Of a stretch of 64,000 bases of DNA, positions 39,013-49,243 are shown piece by piece. The position numbers were made by a program, and so were the translations under genes. The notes beneath the pieces were generated by a model that worked only from the letters and a program-made list of their open reading frames with translations, made no database searches and was not told where the DNA came from. Every line of letters begins with the position of its first letter. Positions within the stretch are counted from its first letter, which is position 1. Source of the DNA: an uncultured bacterium (GTDB taxonomy: Bacteria; Babelota; Babeliae; Babelales; Babelaceae); assembly GCA_963722385.1 (NCBI GenBank), contig CAVRKK010000002.1, positions 224,001 through 288,000 of the forward strand. Direction: 5' to 3'.

Positions 39013-41292
39013 TTACAGGAACTCTTCTACGGCTTGTTTAGCCTCAAGATTTCTAGCGTCTGTCCCACGCTTATGCTGTATATACTTATAGGTTAAGCAA
39101 CTAAGTATGCCTATTCCAGCTGCTAAAAAAACAAGGCCTGCCGGAATACCTATAGTTGTTCCTATAATGACTCCTAGAGGAAGACTGCTTTCATCTCCTG
39201 TTCCTCCTATAACATCAGATAGAGAAAAAGCTGATACATCATTTGAAGCGCTATTGGCTGTAACAACTGTCATTTGTTGTTGATTTATAGGGAAAAAGGA
39301 AAGTGCAACACAATTGCTTGAGTTATTTGGCAGGCTATATGAAATAGTACTTTGGATTTCATTTCCGGCAAGCGTCAAGATGGTAATACCATTGGAACCG
39401 CTATTGGCAGTTACGAGGTAAGTCCCATCTGGTGAGACTGCTATTCCCTGGGGATTACTTGTTCCCTCAGGCAAGGAATAAGAGAGGGAACTTGTTATGG
39501 CTCCAGATTGTAGGCCGAAAATAGTTACATCGTTTGAGCCACTATTACTTGTAGCTAGAAATAATTCGCCAGATGGACTGAGCAAGAATACAAGTGATTG
39601 AGGTCTTTGGGATCCAGCTGGTAAGGATTGAGATATGCCATTCGTCAATGTGTTACCGGAAACTGTAAAGAGGGTTATATCATTTGAATTTGCGTTAGCG
39701 GTAGCAAGGAATAAACCATCAGGTGTGAACGCTACTTTTAAAGGGTTTAAGGAACCAGTGGGTAATGCATATGAGGCAGCTTCTTCCAACAACCCTTCAT
39801 TAACAGTAAAGATTACTAAATCATTTGAATCTCCACTAGCTACAGCAAGATACATATTATTTGGCGAGAACTCTACTGACGTTGGGTTAGTTGATCCTGC
39901 AGGTAAAGCATATGATTGGGCATTTTTCAACTGTCCTTCTGAAAAAGTAAAGAGGGTTACGTCATTCGAACGGCTATTTGCTGTGGCCGCATATGCAGTA
40001 TCAGAAGAAAATGCTATTGAAGCTGGATTGGTTGAATTTAAAGGTAGCTTATATGAGGTTGCCAATCCAAGGTTGACAAAATAACTTGTTGTACTTGTTC
40101 TAAAAATAGCTACATCATTTGAGGCATAGTTAGCTGTTGCAAGAAAGAGGCCATCGGGTGAAAAAGTTATTGACTCAGGTCTTACAGAATAAGGCGGCAA
40201 AGGATATGAGATTCCTGTACTCTCAGCCTGATCGGAGCAAACAACAGTAAAGAGCGTAACATCGTTGGAAGCATAATTAGCCGTCGCAAAATATTGACCA
40301 GATGATGAAAATGACCCTACTTCAGGCTGCATTGACCCAGCAGGTAAAGGGTATGAGGTGATATTACTGAGTATTCCTCCTTCTGCTACAGTAAATAAGG
40401 TAACATTTTGAGATCCAGCATTAGCTGTTGCAACATACAAACCATTTGGTGAGAATGTTGCTGAAGATGGTGCTGTTGAACCAGAAGGTAGAGAATAAGA
40501 CGTAGCATTGTTTAATATGCCACTTGCCCCTACATTAAAAATTGTTACGTTATTCGAAGTTTTATTAGCAGTAGCAAGATATAAGCCATTTGGCGAAAAT
40601 GCTACTGAAACAGGAGCACTCGAGTTGCTTGGCAATACATATGATGTTGCTCCACTCAAAGTTCCTCCAGGCTCTACTTGAAATAGTGTTACATCATTTG
40701 ATGTCTGATTAGCGGTAGCTAAGTAGTTACCATCAGGTGAAAATGCTATAAACTGAGGTCCAGCTGAGTTACCTGGCAAAGCATATGAAGTCCCGCTACT
40801 TAAAACTCCTTCTTCTCCTACAGTAAAAATTGTTACATCATTTGAATTATAGTTAGCGGTAGCTAAGTAGTTACCATCAGGAGAAAATGCTATTCCAGCA
40901 GGAGATGGAGAGCCAGCTGAGCCGTACGGAGTCCCATTACTCAATACTCCTCCTGCTCCTACCGTAAAAAGAGTTATAGTATTTCCATCGCTACCGCCAT
41001 TGCAAGTTGCAAGATAAGATCCTGAAGGAGAAAATACAACTATGCTTGCGGTAGAACCGCTCGACAAAGGATAAGAAGTACCTTGACTCAATGTGCCTCC
41101 TGCTCCTACTGAAAAAATCACTACATTGCAATAATTAGCGGTAGCAAGATATAAACCGTCGGGCGAGAATGCAGAGTACGTTCCTTCAGATTTACTGGGC
41201 AAAGGTTGCGATATCGCAGACTGAAATGAGCAAGCAGGTTCTAATTTTATAGCAGAAAATAACATGGTGCACAGTAAAATGACAATTTTCAT
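39013..41292 (-). CDS. Surface protein with ~14 lactonase/WD-like repeats (probably two 7-bladed propellers) and C-terminal TM anchor
   Basis: Repeated SYxLPxxSxxPxSxAFSPxGxYLATANxxSNDVTxF; signal peptide; TM helix then basic tail. Confidence 0.85.
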   Translation of the reverse strand: MKIVILLCTMLFSAIKLEPACSFQSAISQPLPSKSEGTYSAFSPDGLYLATANYCNVVIFSVGAGGTLSQGTSYPLSSGSTASIVVFSPSGSYLATCNGGSDGNTITLFTVGAGGVLSNGTPYGSAGSPSPAGIAFSPDGNYLATANYNSNDVTIFTVGEEGVLSSGTSYALPGNSAGPQFIAFSPDGNYLATANQTSNDVTLFQVEPGGTLSGATSYVLPSNSSAPVSVAFSPNGLYLATANKTSNNVTIFNVGASGILNNATSYSLPSGSTAPSSATFSPNGLYVATANAGSQNVTLFTVAEGGILSNITSYPLPAGSMQPEVGSFSSSGQYFATANYASNDVTLFTVVCSDQAESTGISYPLPPYSVRPESITFSPDGLFLATANYASNDVAIFRTSTTSYFVNLGLATSYKLPLNSTNPASIAFSSDTAYAATANSRSNDVTLFTFSEGQLKNAQSYALPAGSTNPTSVEFSPNNMYLAVASGDSNDLVIFTVNEGLLEEAASYALPTGSLNPLKVAFTPDGLFLATANANSNDITLFTVSGNTLTNGISQSLPAGSQRPQSLVFLLSPSGELFLATSNSGSNDVTIFGLQSGAITSSLSYSLPEGTSNPQGIAVSPDGTYLVTANSGSNGITILTLAGNEIQSTISYSLPNNSSNCVALSFFPINQQQMTVVTANSASNDVSAFSLSDVIGGTGDESSLPLGVIIGTTIGIPAGLVFLAAGIGILSCLTYKYIQHKRGTDARNLEAKQAVEEFL

Positions 41293-41486
41293 GGCAGGAC
41301 AATCCTTTTTTCTAATAAGCTCTTAATAGCCAAAACTCAGCTTATATAAACAAAAGAAAAACGCAAGACATGAACTATTCCTGAGATCTTTTTACTGCGT
41401 AGAATGTGTGTCACCAACCTTTGCCGAGTATTTCTTCCAAAGAATTTACGGCCAAGCATGTTTGCTCAGCCGTATCAACATCTTTA

Positions 41487-41828
41487 TTAAATAGCTTCGA
41501 TTCTGACGACCGTATAAGGTTGCCGATGGCCAGCTTTACGCTTATACTTTTTGCGTCGTTTAAAATGAAAGACCGTTATTTTTGGTGCACGAGCATGCTT
41601 TATGATTGAAGCAGATATCGGAGATTTTAAGAAAGGGCGACCTATCTCAACGATTGCTTGTCCCCCGGCATTAAATGTTTTGCGAAGCAAAACATTTTCA
41701 AAACTTACTTTTTGGCCTGCTGATTCAGCAAGCTTTTCTATCGCAACCGTTTTGCCAACGACCGCTTGATATTGTTTGCCCCCCGTCTCAAAAATAGCAT
41801 AGGGTTGGGCACCTGTCTCTTGTTCCAT
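41487..41828 (-). CDS. rplU: 50S ribosomal protein L21
   Basis: YAIFETGGKQY, FKRRKKYKRKAGHRQPYT. Confidence 0.96.
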   Translation of the reverse strand: MEQETGAQPYAIFETGGKQYQAVVGKTVAIEKLAESAGQKVSFENVLLRKTFNAGGQAIVEIGRPFLKSPISASIIKHARAPKITVFHFKRRKKYKRKAGHRQPYTVVRIEAI

Positions 41829-42050
41829 GAAGCGAATCCTTTATCACTGCTGACAAAACTTTAAAAAAAGAGATAAAAAAACGAAAGCCCTTAACAACTT
41901 TCTCTCTTATTGTTAGAGTTTAGCAGATCTAAAGCTTCTGTCTAGGGCTTTTGGAGAATTTATCATAGTATATTTGCCCAAATATGTTCTTTTTGGCAAA
42001 CTTATTAACAAGGGAACGAAAATATCAGGACGCCCAAACCAGGAGAAAAC

Positions 42051-42647
42051 GTGGCTAAGATAGATTTGAGCTTAGTCCAGCAGCTTCGTGAGCGCACGGG
42101 TGCTGGTATGTTAGATTGCAAAAAGGCTCTCGAAGAAGCAAATGGCGATATGGAGAAAGCAGTCGATATTTTGCGCCGCAAGGGTGCAGCGCTGGCCGAT
42201 AAGCGTGCCGGCTATGCCACTGCCGAGGGTATCGTGCATGCCTATATTCATCCGGGAGCGCATGTTGGTGTACTCATAGAAGTCGACTGTGAGACCGATT
42301 TTGTAGCAAGGACGGATGAGTTCAAGCAGTTTGCTCAAGACCTATGTTTACAGATCGCTGCTTTTAATCCAAAATATATAGCACCTGAAGATGTCGATAA
42401 AGCATTAGTTGAGCGCGAGCGTGATATATATATGCAAGAAGTAGCGGGAAGCAATAAGCCAGCAGCTATTATTAACCAAATTGTTGAGGGGAAGCTTAAC
42501 AAATTCTATACAGCAATTTGCCTCATTAAGCAGCCGTATATAAAGAATGACCAGCTTACGGTCGAAGATATTCTTAAGCAGTTGGTTGGCAAGCTTGGTG
42601 AAAACATCAAAATTAAACGATTTGCACGCTTTGAAGTCGGCAGTTAA
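42051..42647 (+). CDS. tsf: Elongation factor Ts (short form)
   Basis: LRERTGAGMLDCKKAL, CETDFVA, GENIKIKRFARF. Confidence 0.97.
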   Translation: MAKIDLSLVQQLRERTGAGMLDCKKALEEANGDMEKAVDILRRKGAALADKRAGYATAEGIVHAYIHPGAHVGVLIEVDCETDFVARTDEFKQFAQDLCLQIAAFNPKYIAPEDVDKALVERERDIYMQEVAGSNKPAAIINQIVEGKLNKFYTAICLIKQPYIKNDQLTVEDILKQLVGKLGENIKIKRFARFEVGS

Positions 42648-42649
42648 TT

Positions 42650-43360
42650 ATGTGTAAACAAAATGTGGTACTTTTAAAGCTTACCGGTGAATTTCTGCGC
42701 AATGGCGCGCAAGCCTCGATAGATAGTACCTATATACGCGAGCTTGCTCGTCAAATTCGCTCGTTGCAATCCTCGCATTACTTTGGCATTGTCATAGGTG
42801 GTGGTAATTTCTTTAGAGGAGCCCAAGAAGGATTAGCAATTGGCATGACCGCGAGCGTTAGTGATCAGGTAGGAATGCTGGCCACTATTATGAATGGACT
42901 CATTCTTCAAGATCTTTTCGGCCAAGAAGGTGTTGAGGCAGAGCTTTTTTCAGCCGTCGATTGCTCGACAGCTGCCACACCTATCTCACCACAAAATTTG
43001 CAAATGGCCTTGCGCGCGAAAGATTGTCTTATTTTTGCGGGTGGCCTTGGCAACCCCTTTTTTACCACCGATACGACGGCGATCGTTCGGGCGATGCAGA
43101 TACAAGCGCGCGAAGTGTGGAAGGTCACTAAAGTTGACGGCATTTATACCCAAGACCCATGCCTTGATCCCGCAGCCCAACGACTGACGACACTGAGTTA
43201 TACCCAAGCACTTGAGCGTCAATTGGCTATCATGGACGAGACAGCCTTATCGTTGGCAAGAGAACATGGGTTAGTTATTCGCGTATTTTCTTTGTATGCG
43301 CCACAAGCGCTCGTACGCGCTGCGCACGAATCATCATTTGGAAGTAGACTTTTACCCTGA
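42650..43360 (+). CDS. pyrH: UMP kinase
   Basis: LLKLTGE, GGGNFFRG, DQVGMLAT, GNPFFTTDT, VDGIY. Confidence 0.93.
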   Translation: MCKQNVVLLKLTGEFLRNGAQASIDSTYIRELARQIRSLQSSHYFGIVIGGGNFFRGAQEGLAIGMTASVSDQVGMLATIMNGLILQDLFGQEGVEAELFSAVDCSTAATPISPQNLQMALRAKDCLIFAGGLGNPFFTTDTTAIVRAMQIQAREVWKVTKVDGIYTQDPCLDPAAQRLTTLSYTQALERQLAIMDETALSLAREHGLVIRVFSLYAPQALVRAAHESSFGSRLLP

Positions 43361-43375
43361 CCATAGGATGGTGCT

Positions 43376-43963
43376 ATGATTACGTTTAATTTTGTTGAAG
43401 GTGCTCCCGTCAAGCAGTTTGAAAAGGCCATCGAGGCCGAGATGGATAAGCCCTTAAAGTTTTTAGAAAAAGAGCTGCTCAAGATACGCACAGGACGAGC
43501 CCATACGGCTATGATAGAAGATACCAAAGTTATGGTCTACGGAAGCCCAATGCCGCTCAAGGCGGTTGCTGCACTTTCAGCTCCTGACGTCAGCATGCTG
43601 GTCATTCAACCATGGGACAAAGCGATCATAACCGATATCGAAAAAGCTCTTGCCACCTCAGATCTTGGCGTTACGCCCGTTAATGATGGCAACGTGATCC
43701 GTATTCAGCTACCACGGATGAGCACCGAGCGCCGCGAAGATCTCATAAAAACCGTCGGCAAAAAGATCGAAGAATGTAAGGTTGCCATGAGAACGATCAG
43801 AAAAGATTATCACGGTCTGATTCGAGATGCTGAAAAGGGCAAAAAAATCTCTGAAGATTACAGCAAGCGCCTTCAGGATGCCCTGCAAAAAACAACCGAT
43901 AAGACAATCGAGGCTTCTGACGCTCTCGGCACCAAAAAAGAACAGGAAATTCGCTCAATTTAG
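43376..43963 (+). CDS. frr: Ribosome recycling factor
   Basis: IRTGRA, IQPWD, DLGVTPVNDG, TERR; tsf-pyrH-frr order. Confidence 0.95.
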   Translation: MITFNFVEGAPVKQFEKAIEAEMDKPLKFLEKELLKIRTGRAHTAMIEDTKVMVYGSPMPLKAVAALSAPDVSMLVIQPWDKAIITDIEKALATSDLGVTPVNDGNVIRIQLPRMSTERREDLIKTVGKKIEECKVAMRTIRKDYHGLIRDAEKGKKISEDYSKRLQDALQKTTDKTIEASDALGTKKEQEIRSI

Positions 43964-44036
43964 CCCAAGATGCTCTTTTATTTTATCGCTTCTTGTGATA
44001 CAGTGAATATTAAGCGTTTCTCGAAATTACCTTGAT

Positions 44037-44112
44037 GGGCTGCTAGCTCAATTGGCAGAGCAACAGACTCTTAATCTGTGGGTTCGCGGTTCGATTCCGC
44101 GGCAGCCCACCA
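44037..44112 (+). tRNA. tRNA-Lys(CTT)
   Basis: Cloverleaf; acaga-ctCTTaa-tctgt; ggttcga; CCA end. Confidence 0.96.
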
Positions 44113-44121
44113 GCAAGCCGA

Positions 44122-44206
44122 GCAAGAGTGGCGGAATTGGTAGACGCGCTGGACTTAGGATCCAGTCCTTCACCGGGTGGGGGTTCGAGTCCCTCCTCTT
44201 GCACCA
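44122..44206 (+). tRNA. tRNA-Leu(TAG)
   Basis: ctgga-ctTAGga-tccag; long variable arm; CCA end. Confidence 0.96.
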
Positions 44207-44236
44207 GAAATTACCAACGCCTAAAAGGAGATCTGT

Positions 44237-45538
44237 ATGGAGTACGATTCATGCCTTCATTTCGCGACCGAGCGACTCACCGCAGATCGCTGCAAGGCAA
44301 TCGTTTCTATCTGTCAGCCTTATGTGCAGTCCCTTTACACCTATATTTTAAAAACTCGGCAAAACGAGAGCATTACGCAGGGCTTTATTAAGGGGGCTAC
44401 TCCCCTTGCTTATTTCGAATCTAATTTTAAGAATAATATTGTTGAGCACTTAAAAGAGCTTTTCTTTACCCATTGCGTTATTAATTTTTTGTACCAAAAA
44501 ATTAGTGAGCACAAAATTGAGCTTGCCGGTGAGCCAACTATCAAAGAGATCATGCTTGATCCAGCAACGGGAGCTACGTACATATTTGAGCTTAATCAGG
44601 TACAACCACCTATCAAGACCGACTGGAAACGCATGTCACTCAAGCAACCTACGCGCAAAAACTATAAAGATCTTGACCGGCAGGTTGAGTATTTTTTGCA
44701 GGACGAGCAAGAAAAAGCGACAAAGCTACACCGCCAAGAGATAGCCCCGGGCGATTGGATTTTATTTGGCATGACGCTGATCGATGCCGATGGCACTCCT
44801 GTGCTTACCAAGCATACCGACCACGTCTGGCTCCGCCTGGGTGATGAGGTTATTGACCGGGAAGCTTATGAGCTTTTCTATGATAAAAAAGTGGGAGATT
44901 GCTTTACGAGCTCAAGTGATTTTTTACAAGAATATATCAATAACAATTTTGACGTGAGATACCTTTTTGTCATCGAAATTAAAGACCGGGTACCTTTTAC
45001 CTTTTTTTCTCTTGAGCAATTTAAAAAGCAGTTCAAACTTAAAACAACCAAAGAAACACATGCCAAGTTAATCGAAGTATTTTCTTATCGTAATGACATG
45101 TCGCAAAGGCGAGAAACGGTCGAAGCTCTCTTTAAAATGCTTTTAAATCATTATTCATTTGCAGCGCCTGATAGCCTTGCTCAACAGCAGGAAGAGCTGG
45201 TATTGCGGTCGATTCAGACAAACCCTGATTATCATGTGTACAAAGCGCAGGCAGACTTTAAGCATAAGATCCGTATGCTTGCTGAAAAGCAAGTTAAAGA
45301 GCATATTTTGATCGATCATATTGCCTATGATGAGCAGATACAGGCAAGCGATGAAGATATTGTTACGTATTTAAATTTGACAAAGCGCCCACGTACCAAA
45401 GAATTTATCTATTTTGATATACCTTCATTTAAGGCGCGTGGCCACGAGACGCCTATTCCCCGAGAACTGATCCGCCATTGTTGCCTTTATGAAAAAACGT
45501 TGAACTATCTTATTGGTTATCTTACAAAGCGGGCATAA
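44237..45538 (+). CDS. Divergent trigger factor-like protein
   Basis: GFIKG(ATP) resembling the GFRxG motif, 433 aa, IAPGD in FKBP-like region, located after tRNA-Leu. Confidence 0.6.
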   Translation: MEYDSCLHFATERLTADRCKAIVSICQPYVQSLYTYILKTRQNESITQGFIKGATPLAYFESNFKNNIVEHLKELFFTHCVINFLYQKISEHKIELAGEPTIKEIMLDPATGATYIFELNQVQPPIKTDWKRMSLKQPTRKNYKDLDRQVEYFLQDEQEKATKLHRQEIAPGDWILFGMTLIDADGTPVLTKHTDHVWLRLGDEVIDREAYELFYDKKVGDCFTSSSDFLQEYINNNFDVRYLFVIEIKDRVPFTFFSLEQFKKQFKLKTTKETHAKLIEVFSYRNDMSQRRETVEALFKMLLNHYSFAAPDSLAQQQEELVLRSIQTNPDYHVYKAQADFKHKIRMLAEKQVKEHILIDHIAYDEQIQASDEDIVTYLNLTKRPRTKEFIYFDIPSFKARGHETPIPRELIRHCCLYEKTLNYLIGYLTKRA

Positions 45539-45541
45539 TAT

Positions 45542-46468
45542 ATGGCTATTGAAACGCTCATTATTGTTGGTGGTGGCCCGGCGGCCTTGACTGCTGCTAT
45601 TTATGCAAGTCGGTCAAACATTTCGCCCCTTATTATCGAAGGCAATAACCCTGGTGGCCAGCTTATGAGTACTTCCTACGTTGAAAACTGGCCGGGAGTT
45701 AGGCGGATTTTAGGTCCCCAGCTCATGATGAATATGCGCGCACATGCCCATGATCTTGGTGGTCGGTTTATGTCGGCTGAGATTGTTAAGACTGATTTTT
45801 CGACGACCCCTTTTCGCTTGTGGACTGCCAAAGATGAAGAGCTTAAGGCACAGGCAGTCATTATAGCAACGGGTTCTAATGCCAAACGCCTCGGCTGCCC
45901 TGGCGAGGAGACATACTGGGGTAAGGGCGTTACCACCTGCGCTGTATGCGATGGAGCATTCTATAGAGATGGCAAGGTTATCGTGGTCGGTGGTGGTGAT
46001 ACAGCTATGGAAGATGCCTCATTTATGGCAAATTTTACCAAAGATATCACGCTGGTTCATATTCTCGATAAGTTGACAGCGGCTCCTGCATTACAACAAC
46101 GGGTACTCAATCATCCTCATATTAATATCATATACGAGAGCACCGTCACGGCTTTTGAAGGAGACGGCACTCACGTTACCCAGGCAGTCATCACCAATCA
46201 AAAAACCGGTGCAACAAGCAGGCTGGCCTGTGATGTCACCTTTGTCGCTATAGGCCTCGTACCCAATACTGCCCCTTTTAATGGCCAGATCGAATTAGAG
46301 ACAAATGGCTATATTCGAGTCAGAGAACATACCAAAACATCGGTGACGGGCGTATTTGCTGCTGGCGATGTTGCCGATTACGTCTACCGCCAGGCAATTA
46401 CCTCAGCTGGCACGGGGTGCATGGCTGCCTTAGATGCGGAGCGGTACCTCAAAAATCACAAAAATTGA
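45542..46468 (+). CDS. trxB: Thioredoxin-disulfide reductase
   Basis: GGGPAA, PGGQL, CAVCDG, GGGDTAME, FAAGDV..YRQAITSAG. Confidence 0.97.
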   Translation: MAIETLIIVGGGPAALTAAIYASRSNISPLIIEGNNPGGQLMSTSYVENWPGVRRILGPQLMMNMRAHAHDLGGRFMSAEIVKTDFSTTPFRLWTAKDEELKAQAVIIATGSNAKRLGCPGEETYWGKGVTTCAVCDGAFYRDGKVIVVGGGDTAMEDASFMANFTKDITLVHILDKLTAAPALQQRVLNHPHINIIYESTVTAFEGDGTHVTQAVITNQKTGATSRLACDVTFVAIGLVPNTAPFNGQIELETNGYIRVREHTKTSVTGVFAAGDVADYVYRQAITSAGTGCMAALDAERYLKNHKN

Positions 46469-46550
46469 AAAATTCGCGGTTTGCTTTAGAATAATAAATA
46501 ATTATCTTACACTAATGATAGTCTAAACTAAGAGCTTAAAGGCCCAAAAT

Positions 46551-46691
46551 ATGGTAAAACTTGCAAAAAAGAGCCGCAAAAAAAGAAATCGCAAACACGG
46601 GTTCCTTTTGAGAATGTCCAATACGAGTGGGCGAAACATCATAAGGCGCCGCCGTGCGCGTAACCGCAAACGCTTGGCGGTACACAATTAG
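46551..46691 (+). CDS. rpmH: 50S ribosomal protein L34 (not in ORF track)
   Basis: Manual translation MVKLAKKSRKKRNRKHGFLLRMSNTSGRNIIRRRRARNRKRLAVHN; upstream of rnpA. Confidence 0.92.
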   Translation: MVKLAKKSRKKRNRKHGFLLRMSNTSGRNIIRRRRARNRKRLAVHN

Positions 46692-47021
46692 ATGGTGAGT
46701 ATTGCGCGCCAGATTACAAGCTGGCGCCGCCCAGAAATAGAGCTACTCTTTAAAAAGTCATATCGGGCCTTTACAAGTCCGGCATTTGACGTCCGTCTTG
46801 CGCGCACGAGTGATATAATTGGTAAGATACTTGTTATTACACCACGAAAGACAGGCTCAGCGCCTGAACGAAACCGTTTTAGAAGGCGCGTTAAAGCCAT
46901 TTTTTACCAAGAAAAGCTCTATCAGCGGGGGTATCATTGGGTAATTTTTGCAAAAAAAGGGGGCTTGGCTGCAAGCTTTCAAAGCATAAAAGCTCTCATG
47001 CTTGGTATCGTACCCGCTTGA
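46692..47021 (+). CDS. rnpA: Ribonuclease P protein component
   Basis: RKTGSAPERNRFRRRVK (RNR motif). Confidence 0.9.
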   Translation: MVSIARQITSWRRPEIELLFKKSYRAFTSPAFDVRLARTSDIIGKILVITPRKTGSAPERNRFRRRVKAIFYQEKLYQRGYHWVIFAKKGGLAASFQSIKALMLGIVPA

Positions 47022-47209
47022 CAATCGATATTTTGGCTGATGCTGTGCTTTTTTGTCGCCACCTGATAGGACCGCGAAGCTCATGTCGGTTTTACCCTTC
47101 ATGTACGTCATTCGCTCTTGCTCAAATTGAGCGTGAGCCTCTTCTTAAAGCGCTCATTGCTATCACTAAGCGGCTCTTGTTATGCCATCCTCTCGGATCA
47201 AACCACTGA
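47018..47209 (+). CDS. yidD: Membrane protein insertion efficiency factor YidD
   Basis: CRFYPSCT...RLLLCHP; probable TTG start overlapping rnpA stop. Confidence 0.85.
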   Translation: MTIDILADAVLFCRHLIGPRSSCRFYPSCTSFALAQIEREPLLKALIAITKRLLLCHPLGSNH

Positions 47210-47851
47210 CTTACTCAGTAATGTTTGAGTGTACTGGTAAGCGGCTTGATCGACGAGAGCCAGCTTGGATAAAAAATTCGACAATAAATTCGTATCAGCA
47301 AGCTCGCGGTAGGTATCGAGGCTAAGGGCTAAAAATTGCTGGAGCTCTGCTTCATCATAATTGGCCTTGTGCAAGGCATTCTGGATCGCAAGCTCGGCAA
47401 TATGCGCTTTTTGGCCATGAGATAAAGCAGCTTTCTGAAGAAAATCAACAATACCGCGAAGCCCTTGCTTGATGGTGAGCATATCAAGTATGCGGGTTAT
47501 ACAGGAAGCTAACTTATCGGGGTGATTTAGTTGATCATAGAGATTAATCAGGCGTGCGAATATCACGGCATCGGGCTTGAGCGTTACGCAATGCTCACCC
47601 ACCGCTATAGCGTGAACAAGCTTGCCACCACGTTCATAAAGCTCGAGAGCTCTCACGTAGCATGTTAACGCTCGCTCATCATTAAAGGCAAGCAAAAGAT
47701 CACCTTCCAGTTGGACAGCCAGAGCTTCATCACGTATCCCGTGCGTCAATAAGCGATAAATGCCGAGTGCCCGTTCCTTTTCTTTGCGTGCTACAAATTC
47801 TGCAAGCTTAAACCAGGCGATATTAAATTTACCAGATTGAAGGTGGGTCAT
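47198..47851 (-). CDS. Hypothetical helical (TPR-like) protein
   Basis: GGGGAG RBS before ATG 47851; the longer ORF call would overlap the tRNA. Confidence 0.7.
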   Translation of the reverse strand: MTHLQSGKFNIAWFKLAEFVARKEKERALGIYRLLTHGIRDEALAVQLEGDLLLAFNDERALTCYVRALELYERGGKLVHAIAVGEHCVTLKPDAVIFARLINLYDQLNHPDKLASCITRILDMLTIKQGLRGIVDFLQKAALSHGQKAHIAELAIQNALHKANYDEAELQQFLALSLDTYRELADTNLLSNFLSKLALVDQAAYQYTQTLLSKSVV

Positions 47852-47972
47852 TGTCTCCCCTTTACGCAAGATAAGCTTTTGACGTAAAGTATCATAAGAT
47901 TGAGGAGGTACACAAGTAAAATTCGCGAAGTAGTGAGGCATATAAGAAAACGCTGATATACCCACGTAATTT

Positions 47973-48047
47973 TGGTGCCGGGAGGCGGAATTGAACCACC
48001 GACACAAAGCTCTTCAGGCTTCTGCTCTACCACTGAGCTACCCCGGC
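47973..48047 (-). tRNA. tRNA-Phe(GAA)
   Basis: gccgggg...gaagc-ctGAAga-gcttt...ggttcaa...cccggcaCCA. Confidence 0.93.
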
Positions 48048-48070
48048 AAATCTTTCAGAAAAGTACTATA

Positions 48071-48099
48071 ATTTTACCAATAGGCGCTCTTTCTGTCAA
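48071..48099 (-). promoter_or_regulatory. Sigma70 promoter for tRNA-Phe
   Basis: TTGACA-17 nt-TAAAAT with TGn extension. Confidence 0.7.
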
Positions 48100-48204
48100 A
48101 TCCTGTGAAGCCCTATCAAAGAGCGCCTTGACATACACTAATATAATAATTACCTTAATTTAGCAATTTTCCCGTTATTTCTATGATAATCTGAAAGAAA
48201 TTTT

Positions 48205-49170
48205 ATGCTGAGATTTCGCTTCGCGCTATTATTAGGTGCTCTTCCTGCCTTAGGGGTAACAGAACGTGTCCCTCTCCATACAACCAATCCGATCGTTTAT
48301 AACATGGTTTATCGCCGTGCTGCCTTGCCGCTACCCTATGATATCGTGCAAGATCATATACTTTTTTTGAATAACAACCCGCTTTTACTCGCGCATGCCG
48401 GCCGACTAAATCAGACGCAGGCAACAAAGCTTTTACTTAGCAACATATTTACCGCGCGAGCAACATTCTTTCCTTTTTGGCTTGAGGCGAAGACTGCGCT
48501 AACATGGCAACCACATTGGGATACAGAGCTCGAGACTCCTAAAATGCACCTCGACAATACACTGCTCTATGTTGGCTATGATTTTATCGCGCAACCGCTC
48601 AGCCAACTCAGCGTCTACGGTTTTGCAGGGTTTCCTGGTAGCAAAGATGACCCTCAGATCAGCCGCCAAGCGACAGGCCATTGGTCGGTAGCTGTTGGTT
48701 GTGATGCCGCCTATGGCTCTTTAGCCGCTGATAATCCCGATATAAGCTACGCTCTGATAGCAAACGCCCGACTCATGCGCCTATTTTCGCGCATTGTTAA
48801 TTTTGAAAACAAAAACAGCCTGCTCATCCAAAACTCTTTAAAACATCACCCCGGTAACTTTGCCGACTTACTCATAGGAGCCCAGTGCTCTCTTTGCAAC
48901 CATCATCTGGAAATTGGCTACGACCTTACCATAAATTTTAATGGCAAAGTTCAGTATCTTCACGCCACCAGTGACCTGGAGAAGCCCTTTTATGACGAGG
49001 GGGTAGGCCACGGTACCAAAATTCTAAATAATTTTTATATAAATTATTCTTATACGTCACTCTGGTATGAACTTCCCGTAAGCCTGGGCGGAGGAACCTC
49101 TTATGAGTTCGCTTGCGATCATGGTTCAAAGACATGGGCTATCTGGACACGCACAAGTATCAGTTGGTAA
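48205..49170 (+). CDS. Hypothetical exported protein, possible outer-membrane beta-barrel
   Basis: Signal peptide, alternating beta-like segments, terminal W. Confidence 0.6.
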   Translation: MLRFRFALLLGALPALGVTERVPLHTTNPIVYNMVYRRAALPLPYDIVQDHILFLNNNPLLLAHAGRLNQTQATKLLLSNIFTARATFFPFWLEAKTALTWQPHWDTELETPKMHLDNTLLYVGYDFIAQPLSQLSVYGFAGFPGSKDDPQISRQATGHWSVAVGCDAAYGSLAADNPDISYALIANARLMRLFSRIVNFENKNSLLIQNSLKHHPGNFADLLIGAQCSLCNHHLEIGYDLTINFNGKVQYLHATSDLEKPFYDEGVGHGTKILNNFYINYSYTSLWYELPVSLGGGTSYEFACDHGSKTWAIWTRTSISW

Positions 49171-49243
49171 CATAATAGTGCGAACAAAATCATATGACGT
49201 TGTTTATTTTGATTTTTCATAATACTTATAGTAAACTATCATT

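Noticed and set aside
37307..41292. Propeller gene pair as a diversity-generating retroelement
   Set aside because: No reverse transcriptase in the window and differences between repeats are not adenine-specific.
44052..44391. ORFs 44052..44351 and 44128..44391
   Set aside because: Translations of tRNA-Lys and tRNA-Leu.
47852..48163. N-terminal extension of 47198..48007 and ORFs 47848..48033, 47972..48163
   Set aside because: Overlap tRNA-Phe; the real start is more likely 47851.
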